From Polyangiaceae bacterium (GTDB taxonomy: Bacteria > Myxococcota_A > Polyangia > Polyangiales > Polyangiaceae): 32,000 nucleotides of DNA. The notes beneath the pieces were generated by a model that saw only the letters and a list, made by a program, of their open reading frames with translations, was not told the DNA's origin and did not search any database. Positions 12,922 through 21,165 of this stretch are shown in pieces. Numbering within the stretch: position 1 is the stretch's first letter; the number at the start of each line of letters is the position of its first letter. Both the position numbers and the translations under genes were made by a program. The DNA lies in the NCBI GenBank assembly GCA_035760985.1, contig DASTRX010000014.1:40954-72953 (forward strand), in the 5' to 3' direction.

Positions 12922-13836
12922 TCAGGGAGCGAGGATGGGCTTGATGTCGCTCACGCAGAAGTTGAAGGGGAAGGGAATGTTGACGTCCGCGGGGATCTGC
13001 CAGCTGATCGTGCGCAGCAGCTTGCCGTCGGGGTTATCCGGGAACGGCTCGGTCAGCAGCGCGGCGCCGCCCGGATTCCAGCACTCCTTCGTGATCTGAT
13101 CGAAGCGCACGTTGACCACGGTCGGGCCGCTGGGCGCCGCCACCACCGGGTAGCAGTACGTGGTCGCCGAGGAGTCCGCGCCGTAGGGCAGGCCCTTGAA
13201 GCGGAAGGCGGTCGGGATCTGGGTACCGTCGAGCTTGAAGGAGAAGCCCACGACCTTGGCCTCGCTCGCGTTCCAGCCGACCGCAGTGCGCTGGGGCGGC
13301 GGGGCGCTGCCGGCGTCGCTGCCGGCGTCGGCGCCTGCGTCGGCGGCGGGCGGCGGGGCGCTGCCGTTGCCGCTGGCGTCGACCAGCTTCAGATCGACGT
13401 CGAGCTCGGCACCCCAGTAGTTCGTGTAATCCATGCCCGGCACGACGGCGGTCGTGCCGTTCATGCACAGCGCGCCGTCCTTGATACCGTTCGTCACCAC
13501 CGTTCCCTGCGGGCTCTTCACCAGCTGCGCGACGCCGTCGATGCCGGTGTTGTTCGCGGTATCGACGACCAGCGCGGTCGCGCCGTTGTCGTTCGGAGTC
13601 GCAGCGGTGATCTCCAGCGGAGTGGCGCTGTTGGCTGCGCCGCCCGTGCCGGCGCCGCTCGCGCCGCCCGACGATTGCTGCCCGCTGCCTGCGGCGCCGC
13701 CCGAGCCCGAGCTACCTGCCTGCGCGACAACCTGCCCGGAGCCTCCGGTGTTGTTACGGTCCGTGCCGCCTTCGTCGGAGCAAGCGAGCGCGCCCGCGGC
13801 GACCGCTACGAGATAAAAGGAAAGAGGGGTCTTCAT
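12922..13836 (-). CDS. Hypothetical secreted lipoprotein with a Gly/Ser/Ala-rich linker (304 aa)
   Basis: I chose the internal ATG at 13836 (MKTPLSFYLVAVAAGALAC, a lipobox). A low-complexity linker is followed by a beta-rich C-terminal domain with high GC3. No family was recognised. Confidence 0.7.
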   Translation of the reverse strand: MKTPLSFYLVAVAAGALACSDEGGTDRNNTGGSGQVVAQAGSSGSGGAAGSGQQSSGGASGAGTGGAANSATPLEITAATPNDNGATALVVDTANNTGIDGVAQLVKSPQGTVVTNGIKDGALCMNGTTAVVPGMDYTNYWGAELDVDLKLVDASGNGSAPPPAADAGADAGSDAGSAPPPQRTAVGWNASEAKVVGFSFKLDGTQIPTAFRFKGLPYGADSSATTYCYPVVAAPSGPTVVNVRFDQITKECWNPGGAALLTEPFPDNPDGKLLRTISWQIPADVNIPFPFNFCVSDIKPILAP

Positions 13837-14145
13837 TTCAAAGTCCTTTCGATAAGAGTCTCGACTCGTCACTCCGGCCGAACACGTCCGCGGGTGCGGG
13901 CCGTCTCGTGCAAAAAGCTGGCGGCGATCGGTCAAGCCCTTGGGTGGCTTCGCGGGGAGCCTGCCAAAACGCTTGTTTACGCGCAAGCTTCCCCGCCAGG
14001 CCCAAATCGTGCGAGAGCGCACGAGACCGACATTGTCCCACGCGCGAAGCGGCCCATATTTCAGCTGCGCTAGAAGCACGCCGCTGGAAGCGTTGCCAGG
14101 TGTCCTGGTGGATCGCAGCGCGCGCTGATATCCCTACACCGCCCC

Positions 14146-17100
14146 ATGTCCCCCAACGAACCAGATCACCCGGAACGCTCCACTCCCCGCTCTCTGAGCC
14201 CTTTCCGGAAAGTGGATGCGCGCGCCACGTTCCCCGAGCTCGAGCAAGCGGTGCTCGAGCGCTGGGATGAGCTCGACGCCTTTCAGGAGTCGAACCGGCG
14301 CCGTGCCGGCGCCAAGCCGTTCGTGTTCTACGACGGCCCGCCCTTCGCGACCGGCACTCCGCACTACGGGCACCTGCTCGTCAGCACGATCAAGGACATC
14401 GTGGCGCGCTACTGGAACATGCGCGGCCACCCCGTGGAGCGGCGCTTCGGCTGGGATTGCCACGGCCTGCCGATCGAGGCGCTGGCGCAGGAAGCGCTGG
14501 GCCTCGCCGGCACGAGCCAGATCCTCGCGCTCGGCGTCGACGCGTTCAACCGGCAGTGCCGGCAAATGGTGCTCACCTACGTCGCGGAGTGGCGCAAGAC
14601 CGTCACGCGCCTCGGGCGCTGGGTGGACTTCGACGACGACTACAAGACGATGGACGCCGACTACATGGAGAGCGTGTGGTGGGTGTTCAAGCAGCTCTGG
14701 GATAAAGGGCGCATCTACAAGTCCTACCGGATCATGCCTTACAGCTACAAGCTGACCACCCCGCTCTCCAACTTCGAGGCCAACAGCAACTACAAGGTCG
14801 TCCAGGATCCGGCCATCACCGTCAGCTTCCGCGTGAAGAGCGGCCTGGAGAAGCTGGGGCTCGCGGATTCCGCGGGGACCCCGAGCCGCGTCGAGCTGCT
14901 GGCCTGGACCACCACGCCCTGGACGCTGCCGAGCAACCTCGCGCTCTGCGTCGGGCCCGAGATCGAGTACGTGTGCGCGCACGACCCGGAGCACGGTGTG
15001 ACGTATGTGCTCGCCGAGGCGCGACTGGCCGAGTACGCGAAGCTGCGGCCGGGCTTGCAGGTGCAGAAGCGCGTGCGCGGTGCGCAGCTGGTGGGCCTCG
15101 GCTACGAGCCGCTCCTGCCCTACTTCGCCCGGCACCCCAACAGCTTCGTGGTGCTCTCGGACGCCTTCGTCAGCACCGAAGACGGCACGGGCATCGTGCA
15201 CATGGCCCCCGCGTACGGCGAGGACGACTTCCGGATCTGCCGCGCTGCGGGCATCGAGCTGGTCGACCCGCTCGACGCGGAGGCGCAGTTCGACGCGCGC
15301 GTGCCCGACTTTGCCGGGCAGTTCTGCAAGGACGCGGACCCGGCGATCATTCGCCGGCTCAAGCAAGATGGCAAGCTGTTCCACCAGAGCACGATCGAGC
15401 ACAGCTACCCGTTCGAGGAGCGCACCGACACGCCGCTGATCTATCGCGCGATCGACGCCTGGTACGTCAAGGTCGCCGACCTGCGCGCGGATCTGGTCGC
15501 GCAGAACGATAGCGTGCGCTGGGTGCCGCCGGCGGTCGGCTCCGGTCGCTTCGGCAACTGGCTGAAAGACGCGAACGACTGGAACATCAGCCGCAACCGC
15601 TTCTGGGGCTCGTGCATCCCGATCTGGGTGAACGAGCAGGACCCCAACGATCGCATCTGCGTGGGCTCGATCGCCGAGCTCGAGCAGCTGAGCGGCGTGC
15701 GTGTGAACGACCTGCACAAGGACGTGGTCGACGGCGTGCTGATCCAGCGTGACGGCAAGACCTACCGGCGCACGCCCGAGGTGCTGGACTGCTGGTTCGA
15801 GTCCGGCGCCATGCCTTACGCGCAGGTGCACTACCCGTTCGAGAACAAGGACGCGCTCGACAAGTTCTTCCCGGCGAACTTCATCGCCGAAGCGCTCGAT
15901 CAGACGCGCGGCTGGTTCTACACGCTGCTGGTGCTGGGCACGAGCTTGTTCCAGAAGAGCCCGTACCAGAACGTGATCGTCAACGGGATGATCCTGGCCG
16001 AAGACGGCCAGAAGATGTCCAAGCGCCTGAAGAACTACCCCGCGCCGACGCAGGTGCTGAGCGACTATGGCGCCGACGCCCTGCGCGCCTACCTGATCGA
16101 CTCGCCGGTGGTGCGCGGCGAGCCGCTGCGCTTCAGCGAGCGCGGGCTGCAGGAGATCGTGCGCATGGTGCTGCTGCCGTTCTGGAACGCGCTCAGCTTC
16201 TTCACCACCTATGCCGAGGTGGACGGCTACGATCCGCGGCGCGCGGCCGCACCCGCCCTGGAGTCCCGGCCCGACATCGACCGCTGGGTGATCTCGGTGC
16301 TGCAGAGCCTGATCGCGGACGTGAACCAGGAGATGGAAGCCTACCGGCTCTACAACGTCGTGCCGCGCCTGGTGCACTTCATCGACGATCTGACCAACTG
16401 GTACGTGCGCCGCTCGCGCCCCCGCTTCTGGAAATCGAGCGACGATAGCGACAAGGCCTGCGCCTACGCCACGCTGTACGAGGTGCTGGTCAGCTTCGCC
16501 AAGGTGCTGGCCCCGTTCATGCCGTTCGTGACCGAGACGGTGTACCAGCGCCTGGTGCGCCCGGTGGACAGCGAGGCGCCGGGCAGCGTGCACTTCTGCG
16601 ACTACCCTAGCCCGATCTCGAGCGCGATCGACAGCGCGCTGGAGGCGCGCATGCAGGTCGCCCGCGACGTGGTGGCGCTCGGCCGCAAGCTGCGCGAGGA
16701 GCAGCGCATCCGCGTGCGCCAGCCCCTGCGCAAGCTCACGGTGGTACACCGTGACGCCAAGGTGCGCGAGATGGCGCTCGGCTCCCGCGCGCTGATCCAG
16801 GACGAGCTCAACGTCAAGGCGCTGGGTGTCGAGGCCGATGAGAGCTCCTTCACCAGCATCAGCGTCAAACCCAACTTCAAGACGCTGGGCAAGCGCTGCG
16901 GTCCGAAGCTGAAGACGATCGGCGCGGAGCTGGGCAAGTGGGGCTTCGACGAAGTGGCGCGGCTGGAGAGCGGCGGCACGATCGAGGTCGCCGGCGAGGC
17001 GCTCGCGCTCGGCGACGTGATCCTGCAACGCAGCGCGCTTGCCGGTGCGGTGGTCGCGACCAACGGCGATCTGACCGTCGTGCTCGACACCGCGCTCGAT

Positions 17101-17358
17101 GCGGCACTGGAGCGCGAGGGCATCGCGCGCGAGTTCGTCAGCGTGCTACAGAACGCCCGCAAACAGGCCGGGCTGGAGGTCGCCGACCGCATCGTCGTAC
17201 GCTGGTCCAGCGAGGCGCCGATGGTCCGCGAAGCGCTCACCGAGCACGCCGGCACGGTCGCGCGAGAAGTGCTCGCTGCCCAGTTCGCCGAAGGCGTCAC
17301 CCGCGAGGTGTGCCGCCTGAACGAGCACGACGTGGGCTACGGCATCGAGAAGGCCTGA
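14146..17358 (+). CDS. ileS: Isoleucine--tRNA ligase, type 2 (eukaryote-like) form, 1070 aa
   Basis: The class I HIGH motif is PFATGTPHYGHLL. Also seen are GWDCHGLPIE and the KMSKS motif (KMSKRLKNYP). The size and N-terminal pattern (FYDGPPFATG) are typical of type-2 IleRS. Confidence 0.93.
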   Translation: MSPNEPDHPERSTPRSLSPFRKVDARATFPELEQAVLERWDELDAFQESNRRRAGAKPFVFYDGPPFATGTPHYGHLLVSTIKDIVARYWNMRGHPVERRFGWDCHGLPIEALAQEALGLAGTSQILALGVDAFNRQCRQMVLTYVAEWRKTVTRLGRWVDFDDDYKTMDADYMESVWWVFKQLWDKGRIYKSYRIMPYSYKLTTPLSNFEANSNYKVVQDPAITVSFRVKSGLEKLGLADSAGTPSRVELLAWTTTPWTLPSNLALCVGPEIEYVCAHDPEHGVTYVLAEARLAEYAKLRPGLQVQKRVRGAQLVGLGYEPLLPYFARHPNSFVVLSDAFVSTEDGTGIVHMAPAYGEDDFRICRAAGIELVDPLDAEAQFDARVPDFAGQFCKDADPAIIRRLKQDGKLFHQSTIEHSYPFEERTDTPLIYRAIDAWYVKVADLRADLVAQNDSVRWVPPAVGSGRFGNWLKDANDWNISRNRFWGSCIPIWVNEQDPNDRICVGSIAELEQLSGVRVNDLHKDVVDGVLIQRDGKTYRRTPEVLDCWFESGAMPYAQVHYPFENKDALDKFFPANFIAEALDQTRGWFYTLLVLGTSLFQKSPYQNVIVNGMILAEDGQKMSKRLKNYPAPTQVLSDYGADALRAYLIDSPVVRGEPLRFSERGLQEIVRMVLLPFWNALSFFTTYAEVDGYDPRRAAAPALESRPDIDRWVISVLQSLIADVNQEMEAYRLYNVVPRLVHFIDDLTNWYVRRSRPRFWKSSDDSDKACAYATLYEVLVSFAKVLAPFMPFVTETVYQRLVRPVDSEAPGSVHFCDYPSPISSAIDSALEARMQVARDVVALGRKLREEQRIRVRQPLRKLTVVHRDAKVREMALGSRALIQDELNVKALGVEADESSFTSISVKPNFKTLGKRCGPKLKTIGAELGKWGFDEVARLESGGTIEVAGEALALGDVILQRSALAGAVVATNGDLTVVLDTALDAALEREGIAREFVSVLQNARKQAGLEVADRIVVRWSSEAPMVREALTEHAGTVAREVLAAQFAEGVTREVCRLNEHDVGYGIEKA

Positions 17359-17365
17359 ACACGGC

Positions 17366-17390
17366 GGCGGGCGCCGTGCGGGCGCCCGCC
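17366..17390. terminator. Perfect 10-bp GC hairpin between convergent ileS and the glutathione peroxidase gene
   Basis: ggcgggcgcc (17366..17375) pairs with ggcgcccgcc (17381..17390) across a 5-nt loop. There is no U-tract on either side, so it is only a possible bidirectional terminator. Confidence 0.45.
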
Positions 17391-17404
17391 TCACCGAGCT
17401 GCGC

Positions 17405-18070
17405 TCAGGAAGCGCCGAGCTGCGCCTCGATGGCGCTGGTGATCTCGTCCGCGCCGGGCTCCACCTTGCTCTCCCACGCCTTCACCGGATGCCCCTGCTT
17501 GTCGATCAGGTACTTGTGGAAGTTCCAGTGCGGCTCGCCCAGGGCCTTGGAGAGCAGCGCGTACAGCTCGTTCTGCTCCTCGCCCTTGACCTTCGTCTTT
17601 TCGAACATCGGAAAGTTCACGGCGTAGATGCTGGTGCAGAACTTGGCGATCTCCTGCGCGCTGCCCGGCTCCTGACCGCCGAAATCATTGGACGGAAAGC
17701 CCAGCACCGCGAACCCGCGCGGCGAGTACTTGGCGTGCAACTTCTGCAACCCCTCGTACTGCGGCGTGTAACCGCACTTCGACGCCGTATTCACGATCAA
17801 CAGCACCTTGCCCGACCACTCCGAGAGCGTCGCGGGCGTACCGTCGAGACGATGCATCTTGATGGGATAGATCGAAGGAGCGGCCGCGGCGGCGGGAGCA
17901 GCGGCAGCCGGAGCTGCGGGAGAGGCTTCGGCGGGAGCCGGAGCAGCAGCGGGCGCGGCGGGCGCGGGCTCCGGCGCTTTCGCGGTTTCGGTGGCCTTGC
18001 AAGCCGCAAGGCTCAGGACAGCGGCGAAAGCAGCGCCGCCGAGACGAAAGAGTGCAACAGGACGTGTCAT
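17405..18070 (-). CDS. Glutathione peroxidase (Cys-type) with a lipoprotein signal and an Ala/Pro-rich linker (221 aa)
   Basis: I chose the internal ATG at 18070 (MTRPVALFRLGGAAFAAVLSLAAC). GPx motifs seen: LIVNTASKCGYT, LGFPSNDFGGQEPG, and WNFHKYLI. Confidence 0.9.
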   Translation of the reverse strand: MTRPVALFRLGGAAFAAVLSLAACKATETAKAPEPAPAAPAAAPAPAEASPAAPAAAAPAAAAAPSIYPIKMHRLDGTPATLSEWSGKVLLIVNTASKCGYTPQYEGLQKLHAKYSPRGFAVLGFPSNDFGGQEPGSAQEIAKFCTSIYAVNFPMFEKTKVKGEEQNELYALLSKALGEPHWNFHKYLIDKQGHPVKAWESKVEPGADEITSAIEAQLGAS

Positions 18071-18282
18071 CGAGGCGACCAGTAGCAGAACAACGCTCGA
18101 GCTGTCATGCGCAGGAGCCTCCGGCGCCCGCGCGAACCACGCCCTCCAGCGCAAAGTTGTACCGGTAAGCGAACGGTTCCGCGACCCACTGTGGGTCGCC
18201 TTTGTTTCGGAACGGCTCGCGCACGCGACAGCGCCCCTCCACGCGTTGACAATATCGGATGGTGAGGCACCTTTGACTACTG

Positions 18283-18837
18283 ATGACGCACGCGCTGTCT
18301 CGCCTGATCTCGATCGGCATCCTGAGTGTGGCCGCCTCGGCATGCCAGTCCGCTGCCCCGGTTCCTGCCCTGCACACCGCGGCGGATCAGCGCATCTCAC
18401 AGCGCGAGCAGCCGCCGGATCAAGTGATCGCCGTGCTCGACCTGACCGCATCGAGTGAAGAGGTTTCGATGCAGGGCGAGGCCGAAGAGCTCGACGCGAT
18501 CGAGGAAACGGTGGTGGCAGTCGATGCCAACACCTTCGCTGAGTCCGCGCACGCCCTGCGCTTCGTGCCGGTGACCAGGGGTCGCGAGACCGTCGGCGTG
18601 CGCGTCTTCTTCAACGACGCTGCTGATGGCAACGACGACGACGGCTATCTCGGCCTCCGCTCCGCCGACCGCATCGAAGAAGTCGAGGGCCTACCGGTGA
18701 CCAGCCTCGACGCGCTGCTGCTGGCCTGGCGCCGAGTCGGCTGGTTGCCGGAAGTCCGCTTCTCCGTCAGCCGCGCCGGCCGCATGCACACCGTCATCTA
18801 CCGCCGGCGCGCGCCGGGCATGACCGCCAGCTGGTGA
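18283..18837 (+). CDS. Hypothetical lipoprotein (184 aa)
   Basis: ATG 18283. The signal peptide and lipobox are LISIGILSVAASAC. An acidic middle region is present. No family was recognised. Confidence 0.65.
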   Translation: MTHALSRLISIGILSVAASACQSAAPVPALHTAADQRISQREQPPDQVIAVLDLTASSEEVSMQGEAEELDAIEETVVAVDANTFAESAHALRFVPVTRGRETVGVRVFFNDAADGNDDDGYLGLRSADRIEEVEGLPVTSLDALLLAWRRVGWLPEVRFSVSRAGRMHTVIYRRRAPGMTASW

Positions 18838-18882
18838 GCGCTGGCGCTCTTCGAGCACTACATCACGGCGGCGCGGCTGCAG

Positions 18883-19240
18883 TCAGAGCAACTCGATCCG
18901 CTCGCGCTCGGCCGCGAGCCGGAATTCGGAGCTGGCGTCCTCGAGCGGCACCAGATCCACCTCGAACCCCCTTGCCTCCCGCTCCAGCTCCACGCCGGCG
19001 CGGAACAGATCCGCCGGACCCAGCCCCTCCACCGCCAGATCCGATGTCCGACCCCGGCCGGGCGTCTCCGCGCGCCAATGACCCCACGAGCAGCACCCGT
19101 CGCACGCCGTACTTCGACTTCAGGAGCAGGGCCAGGTCCCCGGCCACCGCACGAGCCGAGACGGCGGCTCGCCTGCCCTGTTCGGCCTGCTCCGCCCAGC
19201 GCCTCCGCCAGGCATCGATGTAGCTCGCGTACGGGCCCAC
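18883..19240 (-). pseudogene. MNT-type nucleotidyltransferase (DNA polymerase beta-like NTase) with a +1 frameshift
   Basis: The listed ORF (18863..19240) gives ...VRRVLLVGSLARGDARPGSDI and then glycine-rich junk. Shifting frame at about 19041 gives DLAVEGLGPADLFRAGVELEREARGFEVDLVPLEDASSEFRLAAERERIELL*, with the stop at 18885..18883. Together these restore the NTase signature GS-x-ARG-x(n)-SD-x-DL. The span is 358 nt, which is 3n+1. Confidence 0.7.
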
Positions 19241-19330
19241 CTTCCGACGATAGCACAGGGCGGCCGGAACAGCTCCGACCCCGCTAACCTGGCGTTGACA
19301 GAGGGGATCGACGCTGCCAGAGTCCGCGGC

Positions 19331-19417
19331 GGAGAGATGACCGAGTGGCCGAAGGTGCCTGATTCGAAATCAGGTGTATCCGCAAGGGTACCGTGGGTTC
19401 GACTCCCACTCTCTCCG
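19331..19417 (+). tRNA. tRNA-Ser (anticodon CGA)
   Basis: The acceptor GGAGAGA pairs with TCTCTCC. The anticodon arm is CCTGA-TTCGAAA-TCAGG. There is a long variable arm and the T-arm is GTGGGTTCGACTCCCAC. The discriminator is G, and CCA is not encoded. Confidence 0.9.
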
Positions 19418-19460
19418 CAAAGCCCCGGCGTGCTCAGCGGATGAAGCGCACGCCGACGGC

Positions 19461-19549
<89 letters not shown>

Positions 19550-19598
19550 CAAAATCAAGCTGCATCGTTTCCCATAAGTGTTCAGTGCGGCCCACTGC

Positions 19599-19614
19599 GG
19601 GAGGGATTCGAACC
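19599..19614 (-). other. tRNA-derived fragment: a 16-nt inverted copy of the tRNA-Ser(GGA) T-arm
   Basis: gggagggattcgaacc (19599..19614) is the exact reverse complement of ggttcgaatccctccc (19528..19543). The surrounding sequence does not fold into a complete tRNA. Confidence 0.5.
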
Positions 19615-19864
19615 GGCGTTGCCCGGTGACGCCTGAGCCCGACACCGAGCTGCAACGACGGAGGGTTCGCGCCGGCGGCCCAACGTCGCGCGGCGCTGAA
19701 GGGCGAGCTGCAAGCCACCCGGATCCGAGCATCAGGCCGCTCGCGGGCTCGCCGCAGGCGAGCACCCTCGAGCGCATCCCTCCCTCGCTCCGTTCATTTG
19801 ATGCCCACACCCGTCGCGCTTCGCGCGCCGACCTCTCCCTTATCCGTGCTCGCGCTCCGCGCTG

Positions 19865-20277
19865 CGCGCGGATGGGTGAGGTAGACACCGAGCGGCGCTC
19901 CCCCTCCCGCTGAGCAGGCGTCGTTCCACGTCACTGATGGCGGCGGGGGTCTGCGACGCGCAAATTCATGTTCCTCGAGGAACATGCCGCGCGCGGCCGT
20001 GAGGGGCGCCTGCGACGCGCAGTTCACGTTCGGTGCCGACCAAGCCGCAGCCGAAGGCGGTGGAGCGCCGCGGACGGCCGCGGCTCAGAGAGCGGCACGA
20101 ATCTGAGCGACCGCGTCTTGGATGCGGTCGCTGACCAGCGCCGCATCCAGCCGAAGCACGCGGTAACCGAGCCGCTGCAGCGCCCGATCGCGGCGCGCAT
20201 CTGCTGCGCGCCGCCGCGCGTGATAGCCGCCATCCACTTCGACGACGAGCCGAGCGGATACCGCGACGAAGTCACTG
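19865..20277 (-). repeat. Repeat copy C (inverted): 5'-truncated DUF559 gene fragment (20085..~20277) plus about 220 nt of conserved 3' flank
   Basis: The minus strand encodes DFVAVSARLVVEVDGGYHARRRAADARRDRALQRLGYRVLRLDAALVSDRIQDAVAQIRAAL*. This is near-identical at DNA level to 31830..32000 and 30831..30985. The flank aligns by eye to 30986..31217 with scattered mismatches and small indels. A stop lies upstream in frame, so it is not a full gene. Confidence 0.8.
19967..19986. repeat. Perfect 20-nt palindrome CATGTTCCTCGAGGAACATG inside the repeat flank (copy C)
   Basis: Read directly. The same 20-mer recurs at 31087..31106. It is flanked by the direct repeats ctgcgacgcgcaaattcatgttc (19951..19973) and ctgcgacgcgcagttcacgttc (20010..20031). 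Confidence 0.85.
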
Positions 20278-20474
20278 GTTCGGCTTCAGGTCCCCCGCGC
20301 GTGCGAGCTCGAGGCGCTCAACGGGATGGCCTTTGCCGCGCTGACAACGCGCCCGAACACTCTGGTCGTCAGCGATGGGTGACGGGGGCGACGAGCGGCG
20401 TTCGCGCGGGGGTCGAAGGCGCGGCTTGTCCATGAATCCCGCGATGTCGTAGGCTGCAGCGCAGGAGGTTTGGT

Positions 20475-21137
20475 TTGTCCGAAGATTCGACTCCGCTGCT
20501 CACCTATTTTGATATCCGCGGGCGAGCCGAGGTGATCCGGCTGATCCTGGAGGAGGTGGGCGCTGCCTACCGGGAGCGCCGAGTGCCCGAACGAGAGTGG
20601 GCGGCGGTCAAGCCGACCATGCCGTTCGGGCAGATGCCGCTGTATCAGGAGGGTGAGCTGGTCATTCCGCAGAGTCACGCGATCTATCGCTACCTGGCGC
20701 GCAAATACGGCCTGTATGGGCAGGATGAGCGGGAGCGCGTGCGCTGTGACATCGTGGAGGAGGTGTTCGTCGATGCTCAGAATGTGCTGGGCGGGTTCTT
20801 CTGGCACGCGAAGTTCGCGGAGCTGCGCTCCGACTTCGAGCGCACGCGCTTGCCCGAGTTGCTGGCGGGCCTGGAGCGTTTGCTGGCGGAGAACGACGGC
20901 GGCCGCAGCTTCTGGGTGGGCCAGAGCCTGAGCTACGTGGACTTCTGTGCCTGGCACTTTCTCGATTACGTGCGTGCTTTCTCGCAGGCGGCGCTGGAGC
21001 GGTTCCCGCTGCTGCACGCTTTCAAGCAGCGCATCGAGGCGCGGCCTCGCATCGCGGCGTATCTGGCGTCGGAGCGGCGGCCTCGCACGCTGACGGTCTC
21101 GATGGCCCCGTTCGGCGGCACTCCAGAGACGAGCTGA
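20475..21137 (+). CDS. Glutathione S-transferase, Tyr-type (alpha/mu/pi/sigma-like), 220 aa
   Basis: The TTG start at 20475 is preceded by AGGAGG (20463..20468). The N-terminus is LLTYFDIRGRAEVIRLILEEVG, followed by FGQMPLYQEGELVIPQSHAIYRYLARKYGLYG. This is the pattern of the cytosolic Tyr-type GST classes. Confidence 0.8.
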   Translation: MSEDSTPLLTYFDIRGRAEVIRLILEEVGAAYRERRVPEREWAAVKPTMPFGQMPLYQEGELVIPQSHAIYRYLARKYGLYGQDERERVRCDIVEEVFVDAQNVLGGFFWHAKFAELRSDFERTRLPELLAGLERLLAENDGGRSFWVGQSLSYVDFCAWHFLDYVRAFSQAALERFPLLHAFKQRIEARPRIAAYLASERRPRTLTVSMAPFGGTPETS

Positions 21138-21165
21138 GGCGCTCGCGCAAGGACGGGCAAGCGGG

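Noticed and set aside
14134-17028. 964-aa ORF on the minus strand
   Set aside because: It is exactly antisense to ileS, which has unambiguous class I synthetase motifs. Its translation is Arg/Ala/His/Leu-rich with no motifs. Such shadow ORFs are expected in very GC-rich coding DNA.
18246-18251. TTGACA upstream of the 18283 lipoprotein gene, considered as a -35 element
   Set aside because: No acceptable -10 hexamer lies at 16-19 nt spacing. It is too weak to report as a feature.
18838-18882. Search for a HEPN toxin partner next to the MNT-type nucleotidyltransferase (also 19241..19330)
   Set aside because: The flanking spaces are 45 nt and 90 nt, and they are bounded by a convergent lipoprotein gene and a tRNA. 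No ORF of suitable size or with an Rx4-6H motif exists there.
19590-19680. Possible third tRNA (minus strand), or the end of a tmRNA, suggested by GGTTCGAATCC
   Set aside because: The T-stem partner does not pair (GCCGG versus CCCTC), and no acceptor, D-arm or anticodon arm can be built. I kept it only as a tRNA-derived fragment.
19968-20027. Small ORFs beginning MFLEEHEF/MFLEEHAARG created by the 20-nt palindrome (also at 31087..31140)
   Set aside because: The palindrome yields the same peptide start on both strands. The reading frames diverge by indels between the two repeat copies, so conservation is at the nucleotide level, not the protein level.
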